A stretch of 62,718 nt of DNA, counting the filler, from Sphacelaria rigidula (Eukaryota), in NCBI GenBank assembly GCA_964200075.2. It is 5 parts of 5 records of this genome, joined end to end, with 100 filler letters (N's around TTAATTAATTAA, not from the genome) between each part and the next. Parts side by side here need not be neighbours in the genome. Positions count along the whole stretch, not along the records: positions 37,693 to 50,155 come from CAXNAA020003743.1; positions 50,256 to 62,718 come from CAXNAA020003744.1; 3 more parts are not named here. The stretch is one strand, 5' to 3'. Under the pieces are notes generated by a model. That model did no database searches, had not been told where the DNA came from, and was given only the letters and a program-made list of their open reading frames with translations. The position numbers and the translations under genes are program-made. Of this stretch, positions 44,701 to 57,579 are shown one piece after another (position 1 is the first letter of the stretch; every line of letters begins with the position of its first letter).

Positions 44701-47700
44701 CTGCCTTATTTGTTATCGCGAGAGGGGTTCAGCAGCCGCTTCCCGTCGTCGACCGTGAAGTCGAATTTTGTGTATCCACGACATACGACGTAGTCGCTCT
44801 CCACTGTTGGGCATGGTGTGACAAAAATCCCAAATCGTGTGACTACACGAAGATTCGAACCCACGACCCAACCATCAGAAGGTTCCGAGGATACCAACTG
44901 AGCCACTGAGGTGACCGTTCATGTGCATCATGGGTGCTTCTAGCCCAGGTGCGGTACAGCAAGGAGAGAGCCAAAAGTCTCATGCGTGGGACGACCGTAA
45001 GAGGCTTGGATGTGCGTATATGTCATTTTCCTTTCACGCACAGCCGCTATTATACATTTGTCCCCGATTATTGAGTCTGAAGAACCTCTAACGAATCAGA
45101 CACGGGTGTTTGTGGCGTGTTATTCCAATCCCGCATGATAACACAAATACTGAGCGTGTACTTTTGGCAAGCTAATGCCCAGAGTATGAACAAAGAATAA
45201 AATAATTGAGGAAAAATTATGGTGAAATATCAGAACCATTGATTGCCAGGCAACCCAAGGTAGCCTGCAATTAGTTGTCCATCCATTTTTGCTAAGAATC
45301 TGGGGAAATCAAGTGCAATTGTTGTGCTTACTATACTACGGCTAATATAATGCATCAAATACTGACCGTACGTCATTTTGTATGTACCGAATTCAAGGAG
45401 GTGCATATAGTTGTCGCTCCACATTCTCGTGATGAGCCGTTGGCCAATATAGAACCTGGGCACCCGCTCATGGGAAGATTATCGGTGATGCACCAGTATC
45501 CGAGCACATTGCGCGGTATTGGGGGTGCACCACTGGTAGGGGCGTGTGGGTTTGCTCGAGTTTTTTTGTTTTTTCGGCCTGGCACAGGTAGGAAGGAACC
45601 TTTATCGTGGGCTTCGCTACTCCTACTTTCGTACAGCGCACCCTCCACCTCGTCGCCGCTTCAAAATCAGCCCTCGAAAGTATTCAGCCCTCGAAACAAG
45701 TCGCCATTAACCCTTAGACAGCGAGCGTTGTCTCGGAACAGTATATCAAGCTGACAGTCTAAAGACATTCGGGGTTTTCCAGTGGCCGGGGGGTATTTGT
45801 CCGCAGAGCAGCCGAAAAGCTCACGAAGCCAAACATATGTGTGTGTGTTCAAAAATTTCCCGTGGAAGATTCGAAGCCAGGAACAAGGCCCGAGAGGCAC
45901 GGAATGACCATTGTGACCAATCACGGCGGCCAAAATGAGCACGCGGTGCCCCCACAGGTGGACTACAGGTGGACTTCTTCGCTGTCTACCGGCATATCTC
46001 ATTTTGATCATGGCAATGCAACCATATGTTACATGGGTACAATTATGTCGTTTTGTACTCTGCTCGAGGTCTGTGCCACCTGCCTGACGCCGCATGTGTT
46101 GCCAGCATAGCTTTACACTGTCTGTAGTGTTGTTGAACACTAAGCAGAGGCATCAGCAGAATGCAGTACATTGTGTTTAGTGGAAAGAGATGGCACGCTG
46201 ACTGTGTCTCGTCGTTGTATCCAGCGGAGACATACAGCACACATATTGACTGCACGCTATACACTGCACGGTCAAAACCGGTCAGGGGTGCTCCGTAACT
46301 ATTTTTTATATATGTGCCCAGCATCCACATGATTTTGATGAAATGCATTTTGTGTAGCGAGGAGAGAGCTGTTTTGGATCTCAAATGTGGCATAGTCCAA
46401 CTCAGTTCACGTGCGGGGGGGGTCGCTGTCTACGGGTTGAGGCGGTCCGGTGCACGGGTAGGCACCAAGGTGAGGGTGCCCCCCCACCCAGGTAGTCCCG
46501 AACTTGAATGATAAATTTTTCTCACGGAGAAAAGCTCCTTGCAGTGTGCCCCAGGTCGACTCTGTGCACGAGTCACCCTAGCCATCCAGGCTTTGGTCCT
46601 CAATTCAAGGTTTCGCAAGGCGGGGTTGCACACGTCAAGTATGGTTGATGAAATCACTTCGAGTGCCTCGAGTATTTAGCGGATTCTTTGTTGGCCCATA
46701 CACACACTTTGGAGCAGCGTGAAGTCTTGCTGTGAGGAGCGAAGTGAGCGGGCCGGGATTCCCGCTCGCGTACTATTGCGGCGCCGAGCAGGCTTTTCAA
46801 GCTACATGTCCCGCTTCCTCCATCTCGCTCACCATGTGACTGTTATTTCCGTCTGTGTCGACTTTTTCTCTCTGTGATCTTCTGTGCGAGACAGGAGCCT
46901 TTGGAACAGATAGCAGATATATGGTCTGTGTATCATGAAGAACGAACCGACACTTTCGGAACATCTTTGCCGGGAGATGCCCTCAAAGACCTCCAATCAA
47001 AGGCGAAAAGATGGTGAGCGTTCTTCAAGAGTAGGATTCGCGTGCGGAATCGTGGATCTGCGTGGCCGCCACATTTAAACCGAGTATGCACACATGAGTT
47101 CGCCGAACGGAGACACGGCGATCGTAAGGATAGATAGACACCGTGCCAACATCCTTATATCCCAGTGTGTCAACGGTCGACCTTTCGGTACGTGCTGTGC
47201 ATGCTTGGCGACCGTTAAAAATACTGAATGGTTGATCATCTCTGGGGCTGCTGAATGCTAACCGTCACTGTTATGCAAACCCCAACCCCAGACAGACGGA
47301 TAACGCTAAGGCAAGAGGATTCAGAGGGTACCGGAGGTAAGGTGTGCGTTGGGAAAATGCAAAGCGGAGCCGTGCGGTGCAGGTTGAGAAACTTCCGCGC
47401 TGATGGGCGCTGGGGACTAGCAGCTCCATAAGGATCGGGATTTCAGCGTTGACACTACCTTGAGTGAAGGTAGTGTAAAGCCAAGGATTATGTGATGAGC
47501 TTATTTGGACCCTGCTGACTTGATTGTCGTACTCTCTATGTGCCTGAACTGCTGTCTCATCCTGCATTTCGTTCTGTTACTCAACTTGTGTTGCGCAGCC
47601 CGATGTTCGTGTTGCCCGTGTGGAGGGACAACGGGCATTTCATGATGCTGTCTCAGTATCAGGACACCTGCTTCCTGCTTACCTTCCTGGAGGTCTGTTT

Positions 47701-49228
47701 TGATTGAGAAAAATAAAATAAGATGGCATCCTTGTAGGGGTTTGTGTGCGTGCACGGTAACTACAGACACGTTTTCACCCTTTTGGAAACCCGACTCCGC
47801 GTAGTGTAGGGGTTATTACCGCCACTGCTCATGTAGCAACGAGATGCCGCGAACTCCGATTTGCTTTAACCTCAACCTTGGATGTGAAAAAACGGGCACA
47901 TCAAACGTAAGGTGCCCTATGTGCATGACCCGTTAGTCCGTGATGGCTACGATGTGTGAACACGCCCGCCGTGCACTCATGAGCGACATTGTTGTATGTC
48001 GGTCCCTCACATTGTTAAAAAGAGGAAAACTGCTGGTTGCTATGGGAGGCAGGTCGAAAACTGGGGAACGATGTAGTCATATCGACACATGGATGGTGTA
48101 CTACTGCTTCTCTCTTGCTTTGCCGGCGAACAGGATTACAAAGTAAATCCAGGGGGGGCGCAGCCGTATGCCACCATTTCGGTGTACGACGACCTCGTGG
48201 ACTCCAAGGGGCTGGGCCTGATAAGAGCAGACATCACACCAAATCTCACGAAGAAGGTGCAGAGCCTGTTATCCACGTAGCACGGACGTGTATCGTGTGT
48301 GTTTCCCTGGAGAATGTACAGACGAAGAACTTGCTCAGCTGTGCATCGCAGCAGACCGTATGGGCATTCTCTGCCAATTTGTTGAACAACTGGTTTGGTA
48401 TGGGATCCGTTGCGGAACGTGAACTCCCCACCAGGGGCGAGTATGCCTTCCACTATGTACGATTGGCGCTATGCCATTGGTACAGCAATTCAGGGCGGTC
48501 CCAGCAGTAGAGATCAGTGTCTCCTAGGCAAACAACCCGAGTAGCCGTAAAAGTTTGTCTGTGCTTTTACTGACACTAAAGCGAGAGTAACCATGCCTGC
48601 TTCGACCTACAGTATATACACGCTCGTTTTGTTTTGCTCGAAACAAATACGGGGGGACATGTCTGCAATGATGGGTGAGATCCTAAGCGCCCATTTCTTG
48701 CTTGGATTAATCAATCAGTCTTCTGAGGCGTAAGAGTTTGGACCTGAAAATTCGGGAAATCATCGACCACTCAAGGTACCGACGCCTTTTGAGTTTATCT
48801 GAGGGGTGAGAGGAGTTGAGATGAAAGCGACTAATTCTTCACAACAAAGAATCGGAGATATGTCGGTAATAATGACCTTCGGACGGTAGTTACGCTCCTC
48901 TCCCCAGATTTTCGGTTCCCAACTCTCGAACTCGGGGCGAATACTCCCAGGAGCCACTTGTTGGTCGCTCTTGCTGAGACTAGCCTGTAGGCTTCACTCG
49001 GTTAGTACCCTGTTGTACCTAGTGTGACGGAGTTTCACACATGTTCTCCTTCCTGTGCTTCCATTCGTTTCTTTCACCTTTAAACCTGCCGTGTAGGAGG
49101 TGGCTCGACTGGTCCGGTTGCTGATCCGGTTCTACTCTCCACATGCGCACCACCACGTGGAGGCGTTCAACTTAAGGCCGGAGGAGTTCGACCTCGACCA
49201 ACTCATGAAGGAGACGCCTGCGGAGTGA
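41723..49228 (+). CDS. ATP11: ATP synthase mitochondrial F1 complex assembly factor 1 (Atp11/ATPAF1)
   Basis: Exon 1 from ATG 41723 encodes an Arg-rich, acid-free presequence (first intron boundaries uncertain, ~41801-41898). Then ..42058 (FSFPGPRKLKDITNLPLLEK), 46895-47013 (EQIADIWSVYH), 47599-47692 (PMFVLPVWRDNG..TFLE), 48134-48256 (DYKVNPGGAQPY..YDDLVDSKGLGLIRADI), 49097-49228 (ARLVRLLIRFY..VEAFNLRPEEFD). All phase-consistent and matching Atp11 family motifs. Confidence 0.9.
43900..44505. repeat. Diverged inverted repeat (~220-bp arms, ~160-bp spacer) in an ATP11 intron
   Basis: 43900-44120 aligns to the reverse complement of 44283-44505 (e.g. TGCCGTTCACAA, CCTGCCCCAACG, GGTGACGCTGTCT). 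Confidence 0.7.
44552..44915 (-). mobile_element. tRNA-derived SINE (family S1), full length
   Basis: Reverse complement starts GTCACCTCAGTGGCTCAGTTGG...GGTTCGAATCT and ends GGGATGATAACACACACA. Confidence 0.88.
45707..45992. mobile_element. piggyBac-like MITE (family A, copy 2)
   Basis: TTAA|CCCTTAGACAGCGA ... TCGCTGTCTACCGG; homologous to 4740-5042. Confidence 0.6.
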
Positions 49229-50155
49229 TGAAAAAAAACATATTTGTTTCATGCCACACAAGGATGTTATTGGTGTGCGTTGAATCGTATGCAGCACAGT
49301 TTACCTACCCTGATAAACTTCATGCCGACGTCGGCGCATCGTACAGGACGGCAACATTAGCGTAGTTGGATCCGATGTGGCCCCTAATTGCTGGTCTATC
49401 TTCCCCTGAGACGAACGTCAGGTTTCTCGAGAGCGAATCAAGCTTGACTTGATGCTTCAATGGTCGATGAGAAGCCTCGCATGCCAGAAGGCACGCTCTG
49501 CACGATGCGAAACTCTATGCCGTAGACTTCAAACTAGCCTACATTGTGGTCAACACCTTCGGCTTGTGAACTTCGAGGTACTGCCAAATGTCTCCTGTGA
49601 ACACCCCGCCAGGTTCTTCCCGCCAAATGAAGTCCTCCGGTCGGGCAGTGGAGTCGATAGTCAATTGCCCTGATATCCCGGTATCAGTTGCCTCTCCGAG
49701 GCAGCTTGAACCCCGAGTGCACGGCAACTACCCCGGCCGTCAAGTTCCTGTGCGTCACAACCTGGAAGCCTGCCGATGACATTCGCTCTTCCAATTCTTC
49801 TTGCCTGTCTCGCCAAGTAGTGGGGATGCGAGTGAGATAAGGGATGTTTGGGATTTTGGTTCTACTTCAGAAGAAAGGACACGACATATTTCGCCGCTCT
49901 CACACTCTGTCACCCTGCTCGTGAGAAAGGGAGGCGCGGTTGAAAATTTATGGCGGGCCAATTTTCCGTCTTTGCACCTGGTTCTGACTTCACGGTCATG
50001 CGTGAATTACGGCGTCATGCAGGACTAAGAACATGATGAGAGACTGCCCGGACATCCGCGCGTGTCAGCCACTGCACTATTATATACCCGCCATCTAACG
50101 ACAAATTATGCGAATTGAGGTTTAACTCCGAGATGAGGTTCAAGCCTAAAACAGT

Positions 50156-50255
50156 NNNNNNNNNNNNNNNNNNNNNNNNNNNNNNNNNNNNNNNNNNNNT
50201 TAATTAATTAANNNNNNNNNNNNNNNNNNNNNNNNNNNNNNNNNNNNNNNNNNNN
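50156..50255. other. Artificial contig linker
   Basis: N44-TTAATTAATTAA-N44. Confidence 0.98.
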
Positions 50256-50400
50256 GGTCAATGGTCTGATGACTATGGCATGCATGATCATGAGTACACC
50301 CCCTCCGCCCGAGGTCAACGAAGATATGACCACGGCATGCAAATTCATGAGTAAGCCCCTCCCCTCCCCATCCGCCCTCCCTCCTTCCTCCGTCCCTCAC

Positions 50401-53400
50401 CTCTTGCTCCTTGCGATTAAGCGTCATCAACAATTGCGTCACCCTGTCTTTCATAACATCGTCCATGGACATATCCTCCGGCGTTTCTCCGTCGATTTCG
50501 ATTGTGTTCACAAGCTCGGCTTCGGCATCCGACTCTTCTTTCGGGGCTCTTCCCGCTTTGGACACGGCCGCAGTGGACTGCATGCTGAGCGTCTCCTGCG
50601 CTTTGTAGCGATAGAACTGGGGGTGCAGTGGATGAGGGAAAATCTCCTTTATTTGACGTTCTTTCGTTTCTTTCCTTCTTGTTTCTTGTCTCGAATCTCA
50701 CGAGATACCATGAGGACTCCATGTCTTGTAAGGAATAGCAGGGACGGTATTAAAAAGACGAGGCTATGTATGCGACCACGGGTTCAAGAGATCAGGCTAA
50801 TGGGCGGAAATAATAATAACAATAATACACGCACCACCCGGCGGCCATGATCTTTGTCGATCATCGACTATAAAGCATACCCATGAGTGATGAGCTATTT
50901 GATTGTGCTCCTTCTAGTCGACTTCTCTTATACTTTCACAATGGACAGCGCACGTGTTAACCGCTTCGCTGAATCAACCCTTCAGATATGCACATTGTAC
51001 CACATTCTGTATCAATCTCAGCACAAATCTTTTCGATTGCGTGGTTCCATCCACTTCACCATCTGTAGGTATACATGAAACCTAGACCTATTTGCAACGG
51101 ATTGCTTCTCGTCGCGGATCGATTGAGGCGAGGCAATCGATCTCCGTTGGTGACGCGATCCATGCATCTATAGACCGATCGATCAATAAAGCAAGCAAGA
51201 GTCGAGGTGAATTATCGCCGGTTTCAATCACTACATCTGCGATTTATGGAGATCTGATTGCTCGAAAAAGAGATAAAAACAATCTTTGCTGCCGGTCAGA
51301 CACATCCTGAACGCATTTTTCGCGCCATTCCACGTGCCTGGTGTGCGAACGCTGTAATCAAGGCCCACCGATTGATGCGTTACGAGGAGAATCAATTACA
51401 CCGAAAGCAAGTATCAGGACGAAACACATCTTGTCCGCCTCGTGAAAACCAACGTATCTTCCAGGCTGCAGTACTCACAACGAATGAAATGCATACCACA
51501 CGGTCGAAAGCTTTCCTCTCAAGGCTAACAGCAAGAGAAAGAAAAATAAAATAAAATGAAAGTTATGACAGTCTGGGACCAACTTTCAAACCCTTCGGTC
51601 GCCCAGGTGCACCGTGTGTCATTTTAGAAAAACCATCATCTCCACACGAACAACACCCGATCTTCAGGGTCGGTCATCTACACCAGGTTCTTCACACCTA
51701 CTTGTCAATAGTCAATGAATGCAGTCCGAAATCATATCATTCACCGTGGCGGCGGGAAAAGGGTCATGATAAATGAATGCCGGACTAAGGTGCTCATCTA
51801 CGGGCATTCAAAAGGTCATCCTCCACAATAATGTGCCTGATAAAAAAATGACCATTCTCCGAACCGTCCCCCCCTGGTTATGCGCAAACCAAGCGTGCTC
51901 CGTCCGGGGTTTGCAGGGATGCGAAGTCAATTGTCATATGACTACGGCGTTCAAGATCATGAGTACCCCCCCCCCCCCCCTCCAAATCCAGCTGATGGCN
52001 NNNNNNNNNTGCGAGGGTGGTAGGGTAATGCATGCAAATTTCATAAACACCCGGGGTTGACAAAAATATGATCCACCCCCCCCCCCCCTCCAAATCCAGC
52101 TGATGGCTTCTTTTGAGGAAAAACGGGCGGCTATTATATCTCACCCGTATCTTGTCGACACTCGTCGCCAACTCTCTGCTCAGCTGCTCGTCGGAAGGGG
52201 GAATCCCATAAGCATCCGTCAAGTCTTTCGTGGCTTTCCGGACCGCCGACAACAAATGGTGTACGTGGACCGGTAATCGGATTGCTCGACCCTGCGGGAA
52301 AGTAACAAGTCGAGGCAAACAACAACAATCAAACGGCGCATTGGACGAGCGCAGACAAGTTCATCAAATACACCAATTAACGAAAGTTTAGAATTCGCAT
52401 AACTTCATCTGGAACAAGTTAGGGAAGGGGAGGAGGTTGTTGTATGATACCGCCGTCCTTCGATCCGAGACTTCCGTGTCAAGTATAAAACTGTTGCGTA
52501 CAACTCCACCTCCTGGACCTGCGTTATTCGGGGAGAAACAGACGGACGTTGCAGCTAGAGTCTTCACACAATACTATGGAAAAGCGAACCGGTAACCGTT
52601 TTCAGCCTTTGTTTCATGATGATCTGTAGCCTTCTTTGTTCATGTTCCTTATAAAAGTTGTCATCCGTGTCGTCACCACTACAGAAAACTGGCCGCAGAC
52701 CTTAAAATAGCAGGTGCCACAGATCGTATATCCAACAATAAAACCCTCCTAAACAAACAGTAGTTCAGTACACCACGCGCTAACATTTCCACGCACGCAC
52801 GTCATGTTCTGGCACTCAACGCCTGCTGTGACTTCCCCAACCTCTTCCTGGCGAGGTGCTCTGTCTCGAAAGGGATGCGTGGTCAACGGTTGAATGACCT
52901 AATGCAAGCAACAAGTGAGTACGCACACCCCTCCCTTACAATACTATGTATTAAAATCCAAGCCTTCTTCGTTTTACCACCGTTGTACGCAACCCTGACA
53001 ACCTGTTGAAGAGGCGCGGTTATGGCTTTTACTGTTGTTAACTTTTTGGTTCTCGAAGAGAAATACAACCATAATTCCTATATGGCAAAAAACTATCAAG
53101 ATGGCACTTTTTTTTTTTTTTTCTCTACACAATCCAAAATTAGAGACAACGAAGGAGGAGAAAACCGCCTTGTATAACCAAACCGCGGTCATCATGAAAA
53201 TGGTTGATTACTTGATTTCAGCCCCTTAGGAACCCATTGACGATTCTTGTTCTCAAGAATCGGCATCATTTTCAGTCATTTTCAAATCAAAATCTTGCCG
53301 ATTTACTAAATCAAGAATCGTCAGTGGGTTCAAATAAGGTTAGTAGTGAACCCCAATATTCAGATATTTCGAGGGCCCGACAGTCCCGAGTACTCCTAGC

Positions 53401-56400
53401 TTGCCCACAACGTATTCTCGTCCAAATCATCGGCGTCGCGGCCCTGATGTGAGTTTTGCCAACGTCACGCACACTTCACCATGGGCGAACCTTGCATTCC
53501 TCCTACCCGAGAGTTTTGGTATGTCTTCGGTCCGGACTAGGGGTAAGGGTTAGCGTTACTTCATAATCATGTGTTTCGAGAACGTTCTGTCAACAGCTGT
53601 GACACAAAACGCGCAAGCACGACACTCCAACGGGAAAACATGGTGTCGCTGTGCTATTCTTCTCAACTCACGCTAAATTACAACCGACGACAAAAATCCG
53701 GGCAAACCCGACGACGACACGTAACGGAGTCCCGCGTCGAGACCTACACACATTCGGTGAGACTCAGCTCGAAGGATTGAAACATTTTGCAAACTGTCAA
53801 CACCCATTTGACTTTATGGTCGACGAGGGCAAGGAACTACTGAACCCCTCTCGCGATAAAAAAAAAAAGGCAAGCACCGCAGGAGAAAGGTGGAGAAGGA
53901 AACCAAACAGGAAAGAAAAAAAACGTGTTGGCATTCTTCCTGTGTGACCCCGGCTGGTGCGCACACGTATGTCGAAGGGTGAAGACGGGCGTCCGGAATA
54001 GATGTGACGACAACAGGGTTAGAAAAACTCGACGCGGGCCTGCGCTGGCGAAGATTACTAGGGAAAAGTGGGCGATGCGCAGCTGTTGGGAGTTTCTCTC
54101 TGCGGCTTGCCGCAAGAAATGTTCTTGGGCCGCACTTTTTCCGCCGGAGGCGAACATTTACTTTGGGTGTTTTTTTCGCCGTGAGGCTCATACCGTCGAA
54201 ATGGCGCCATTTTGACAAAATCTAGGCGTCTTTCTGAGAGGAAAACGCAAGTAAGTTCGCTCCGCGGGGCCCCTCCGGTGAGGGGCCTACGCGGCCGGCG
54301 CCCGCCGGCGGGGGGGCGCATGTCGCCTTCGACTCCCGCCTACGCAAGCGAGTTTTTCTAACCCTGCACGACAACAACGACCAGTCATGATCCACGAGTC
54401 GAACGTCGGTTCATCTCCGAGTGTAGGCACAACAACCCTCACTCGGACAGAGTAAAGTGCCCTATTAGGCCCAGTGCCATATTGAGCACACTTCGGAAAA
54501 ACGGTTACAAAATGACGCTCACTACATGGAACTCCTCTTTTTTTCTTTCGCAACGGTGAGTCTACATCTTCAGCCTGTGCTTGCGCTCTTCAGCGTGCTG
54601 ATTGACCTTGTCACTCACGAGCTACGGCAGTCACAATCACTGGGTCAGGCTGTGCAGGCTGACTTTGGTGTCGATCGTGCTGCTGAGGACGAAGCAAAAT
54701 GTGACACATGTAGACTTGAGCCTGGCCCAGGCGGCTCGAAGCACTGACAGGAGCAAGCACATGACACCTACGGCAGTTGAGAAGGCTGTTTTAGCGCTGT
54801 ACAGCACTCGCCACCTGAAGAGCGGATGATCCTCCAGGGGTTTTGACCCGACAAGAAAATTTTGATATTGCTTTCAAGTGTGGCGCGGGCGAAATCAGGA
54901 GCGTGTGCCAATTGTTTGAACCCCCATAAAGTGAGCAAACTGGCAAAACCCATATTTTTTTTCGGGAGCCTTCACATGTCCAGACAGCAGTCAATCAATG
55001 CATCAAACTGTTGATTTTGCGTCGCCTGCCGTGCACGGGGCACGCATGAAGTAAAAATACACGATTAATTGCCCCGAAATCGAAATCGACGGTCATGAAC
55101 CCCGGGGATGTGTGTTTTCTGTCCCCGGATATGGGCATGAGTGTATTTTTCTATTTTCGATAGTGATGTCGTCAAGTACACACACGATATGCACACCAAG
55201 TATTGGGTTCTGAGACGTTCCAGAACGCAGGTAATCGCATAATAGGCAAAAATGTGCTTAATAGAACAGCAGTCGTGCTTTCAGACTTTTTTCCGCGGAG
55301 GAACCATGAACCGCAGAGCCGCTACCGCCTATCCATGTCACTTTTTTTTCTTTTATTTCCTTCTCGGATGTTGGAGAGTAGTCTAAGCTATCGTTGGATA
55401 CCAAAATATCGGTTCAAGTCGAAACACTGCCGACAAACCAGCCATTGGCGTCAGGGGTGGCTTAAAGTAGGCCTAATACGGCACATTCCTCTAGATATAT
55501 AAAGCTCAATATTCGGACTCAATGCCCTGGCCATCCATCATTACCATGCACCATCTTATTTCGAGCTTCTTATCTCCAGCGTTCCCCACTACGTGTTCGA
55601 GGGGGGAATAGGAAAGTAAACGAAGGTGGCACGGAATCGTGTTGTACATGAGACGGTAGCGAAAAACCGATCGCTGAATGAAGAGATACGTGGTGGCCAC
55701 AGACGGCGAATCAGGACGGGGATATGATATGTACGGAAGAAACGTGATCGCGCCCGAATGTTCATGGTATCTCTCTTGGGAGTAGGGACGGTTTTCCGTC
55801 TCGAAAGGGATGCCTGGTTCATGGTTAAACGACCAAGGCAAGACACAAACGAGTATCCAACCACCCCCCCCCCTCTCCATTCCTCCTTGCCAAACCCCTA
55901 CTCCAAAAAAAAGCTGAAATAAGTCGCATTGCACGGCCAAGAATAACACGGCGTACCTGACCCGACAGGCCTTGCTGGACGCTCTGCTTAATCCACCAGG
56001 TGGCGTAAGTCGAAAACTTGAACCCCCTTTCGGGATCGAATCGCTCGGTAGCCTTCACCAGTCCAAACGTGCCCTCCTGGATCAGGTCGGAAAACGTCAG
56101 CCCGAGCCACCTGTACCGCTTGGCGATGCTCACCACCAGCCTCAGGTTCGCCTTGAGCATAGCCTGCTTCGCCTTCCGGGCGCGCCGCAACTCACTCATC
56201 AGCGTCTCGACGTCAACACCCACAGCGTACGCCCACTGCTCGTTGGTCGGATCGGTACTATGCGTCTTGTGCATGTGATCTCGTACAGCCTCGTATCGAA
56301 TCCCCATCTGAATCTGCCGACCCAAGATGATCTCCTCGTGGGCTTCCAACAGAGCCACTTTGCTGATGTTGCTTAGGTAATAATTCAACGCGGAATCCTC

Positions 56401-56919
56401 CACGTTCCGTACTCGGCCTCCGCGGCTCCCGGGCCCGCCGCCCCGTTTCCGGCGTGTTCTCAACGCCACTAGGGCGTCATTCCGCATCTTCTCCCTTCTG
56501 GAGATCTGCTCTTTGGAGAGTGTCTTGGCCACATCAACGCCCGCCAGGCCATCCTTCGGCTGACTCAGACGCGGTGGCCTCTCCACGAAAGGCGCGTCTT
56601 TGAATTCCGGGGATTGTTGCTGTTCTTGTTGTTGTTGCTGCTGCTCTGTTGAAGCCTCGAATAGATCCAGCCGAGGAGGGGGGGCGACTGCAGACATCAT
56701 TCCTAACCCCGGTGCTCCAGCCCGCCGCAGTGTGCCGGCACTGCTTCCGCCTCTCTTTCGTCGGCCGCTGGTGCTCCGCCGTTGTAATAATCCTCTGGCG
56801 TCATCCGCGACCTCGAAAGAACAGGCCGCTGCTAGGCGCCGTTCCGCCGAGTACACGCGCGCTGGGGGAACTGCCGGTCGGTCGCAAAAACAGTTATGGT
56901 TTTGAAGGTCAGGCTCCAT
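50401..56919 (-). CDS. Nucleus-encoded plastid RNA polymerase sigma-70 factor (RpoD/SigA-like), 3'-truncated
   Basis: Exons 56919(?)-55957 (region 1.2 YLSNISKVALLEAHEEIILGRQIQ; region 2 ANLRLVVSIAKRY, DLIQEG, FDPERGFKFSTYATWWIKQ), 52291-52145 (RAIRLPVHV, region 3), 50616-50401 (..LLMTLNRKEQE, start of region 4). The rest of region 4 is off-contig. Confidence 0.93.
53222..53343. mobile_element. Short hairpin MITE (family D copy 2)
   Basis: CCCCTTAGGAACCCATTGACGATTCTTG...CAAGAATCGTCAGTGGGTTCAAATAAGG; homologous to 29778-29890. Confidence 0.6.
53810..54013 (+). mobile_element. tRNA-derived SINE (family S1), 5'-truncated
   Basis: GGTCGACGAGGG..AACCCCTCTCGCGATAAAA..GGCAAGCACCGCAG..TTCCTGTGTGACCCCGG..GATGTGACGACAA. 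Confidence 0.8.
54014..54366. mobile_element. hAT-family MITE inserted in the SINE tail
   Basis: Perfect 18-bp TIR CAGGGTTAGAAAAACTCG / CGAGTTTTTCTAACCCTG; 8-bp flanks GACGACAA / CACGACAA (7 of 8 match). CAGGG termini with an 8-bp TSD are typical of hAT. Confidence 0.85.
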
Positions 56920-57579
56920 GGTTGGGGCAGAGTGGGGGAGGGCGAACTCATTTGTTGCTTGTCACATGACGGTTGACCATGCACCCCTCTTGTGACGGGG
57001 CCAGAGGGGGTGGGAGGGAGGAACTAACGCGTGTCGTGACGACGGACTTCGGAGATGTGCGCCACAAAGATAGTTGGTGGCGGGGTAGCGTATAAACGGT
57101 GGAGAAGGTGTCAACCGTCAAATAAAGTATGGGTTAGAAGCTTGCGAATTGCACTCTCTAGTGTTGGGCATGTGGTCGCTGCTTACATGCATCGTTTTCG
57201 ATACAGCGAGACAGGGCAGTGCTCTTCGGCGCCGTGTGCTCGATGGTGAACTCTCGAGTCAAGTTAGGGTAGCCACATGCGCAAGGCACTTGCGTCAACG
57301 CGAGGATGTGCTTTCCAACTTCACCGGTTCGTCGCTGTGCCTGTGTACTGTTGCTCTACATGTGTAATGAAACTCGAATGTTCTTGCTTTGTGAAAACGT
57401 AAATGAGGGCTTGGAAGACGGATATTGAAATAGAGAACAGAATACTGTTTTCGCTCAATGAATATCGCAAGCTAGCGGGGACGTTTCGACCTCCGGACAG
57501 TGTACAAATGCAGACCGTCATGTTCCAGCGACACATGGAGGTACGATTTGTACGGTTGTTTGCATCTTACTCAAACACT

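Noticed and set aside
49500..50050. Short coding-like stretches (also 16500-17330, 22260-22750, 59250-62470)
   Set aside because: No recognisable motif or phase-consistent exon chain.
55825..56919. Bacterial contamination or operon suggested by sigma-70
   Set aside because: The gene has spliceosomal introns containing the same SINE and MITE families as the other contigs; nuclear sigma factors are normal in algae.
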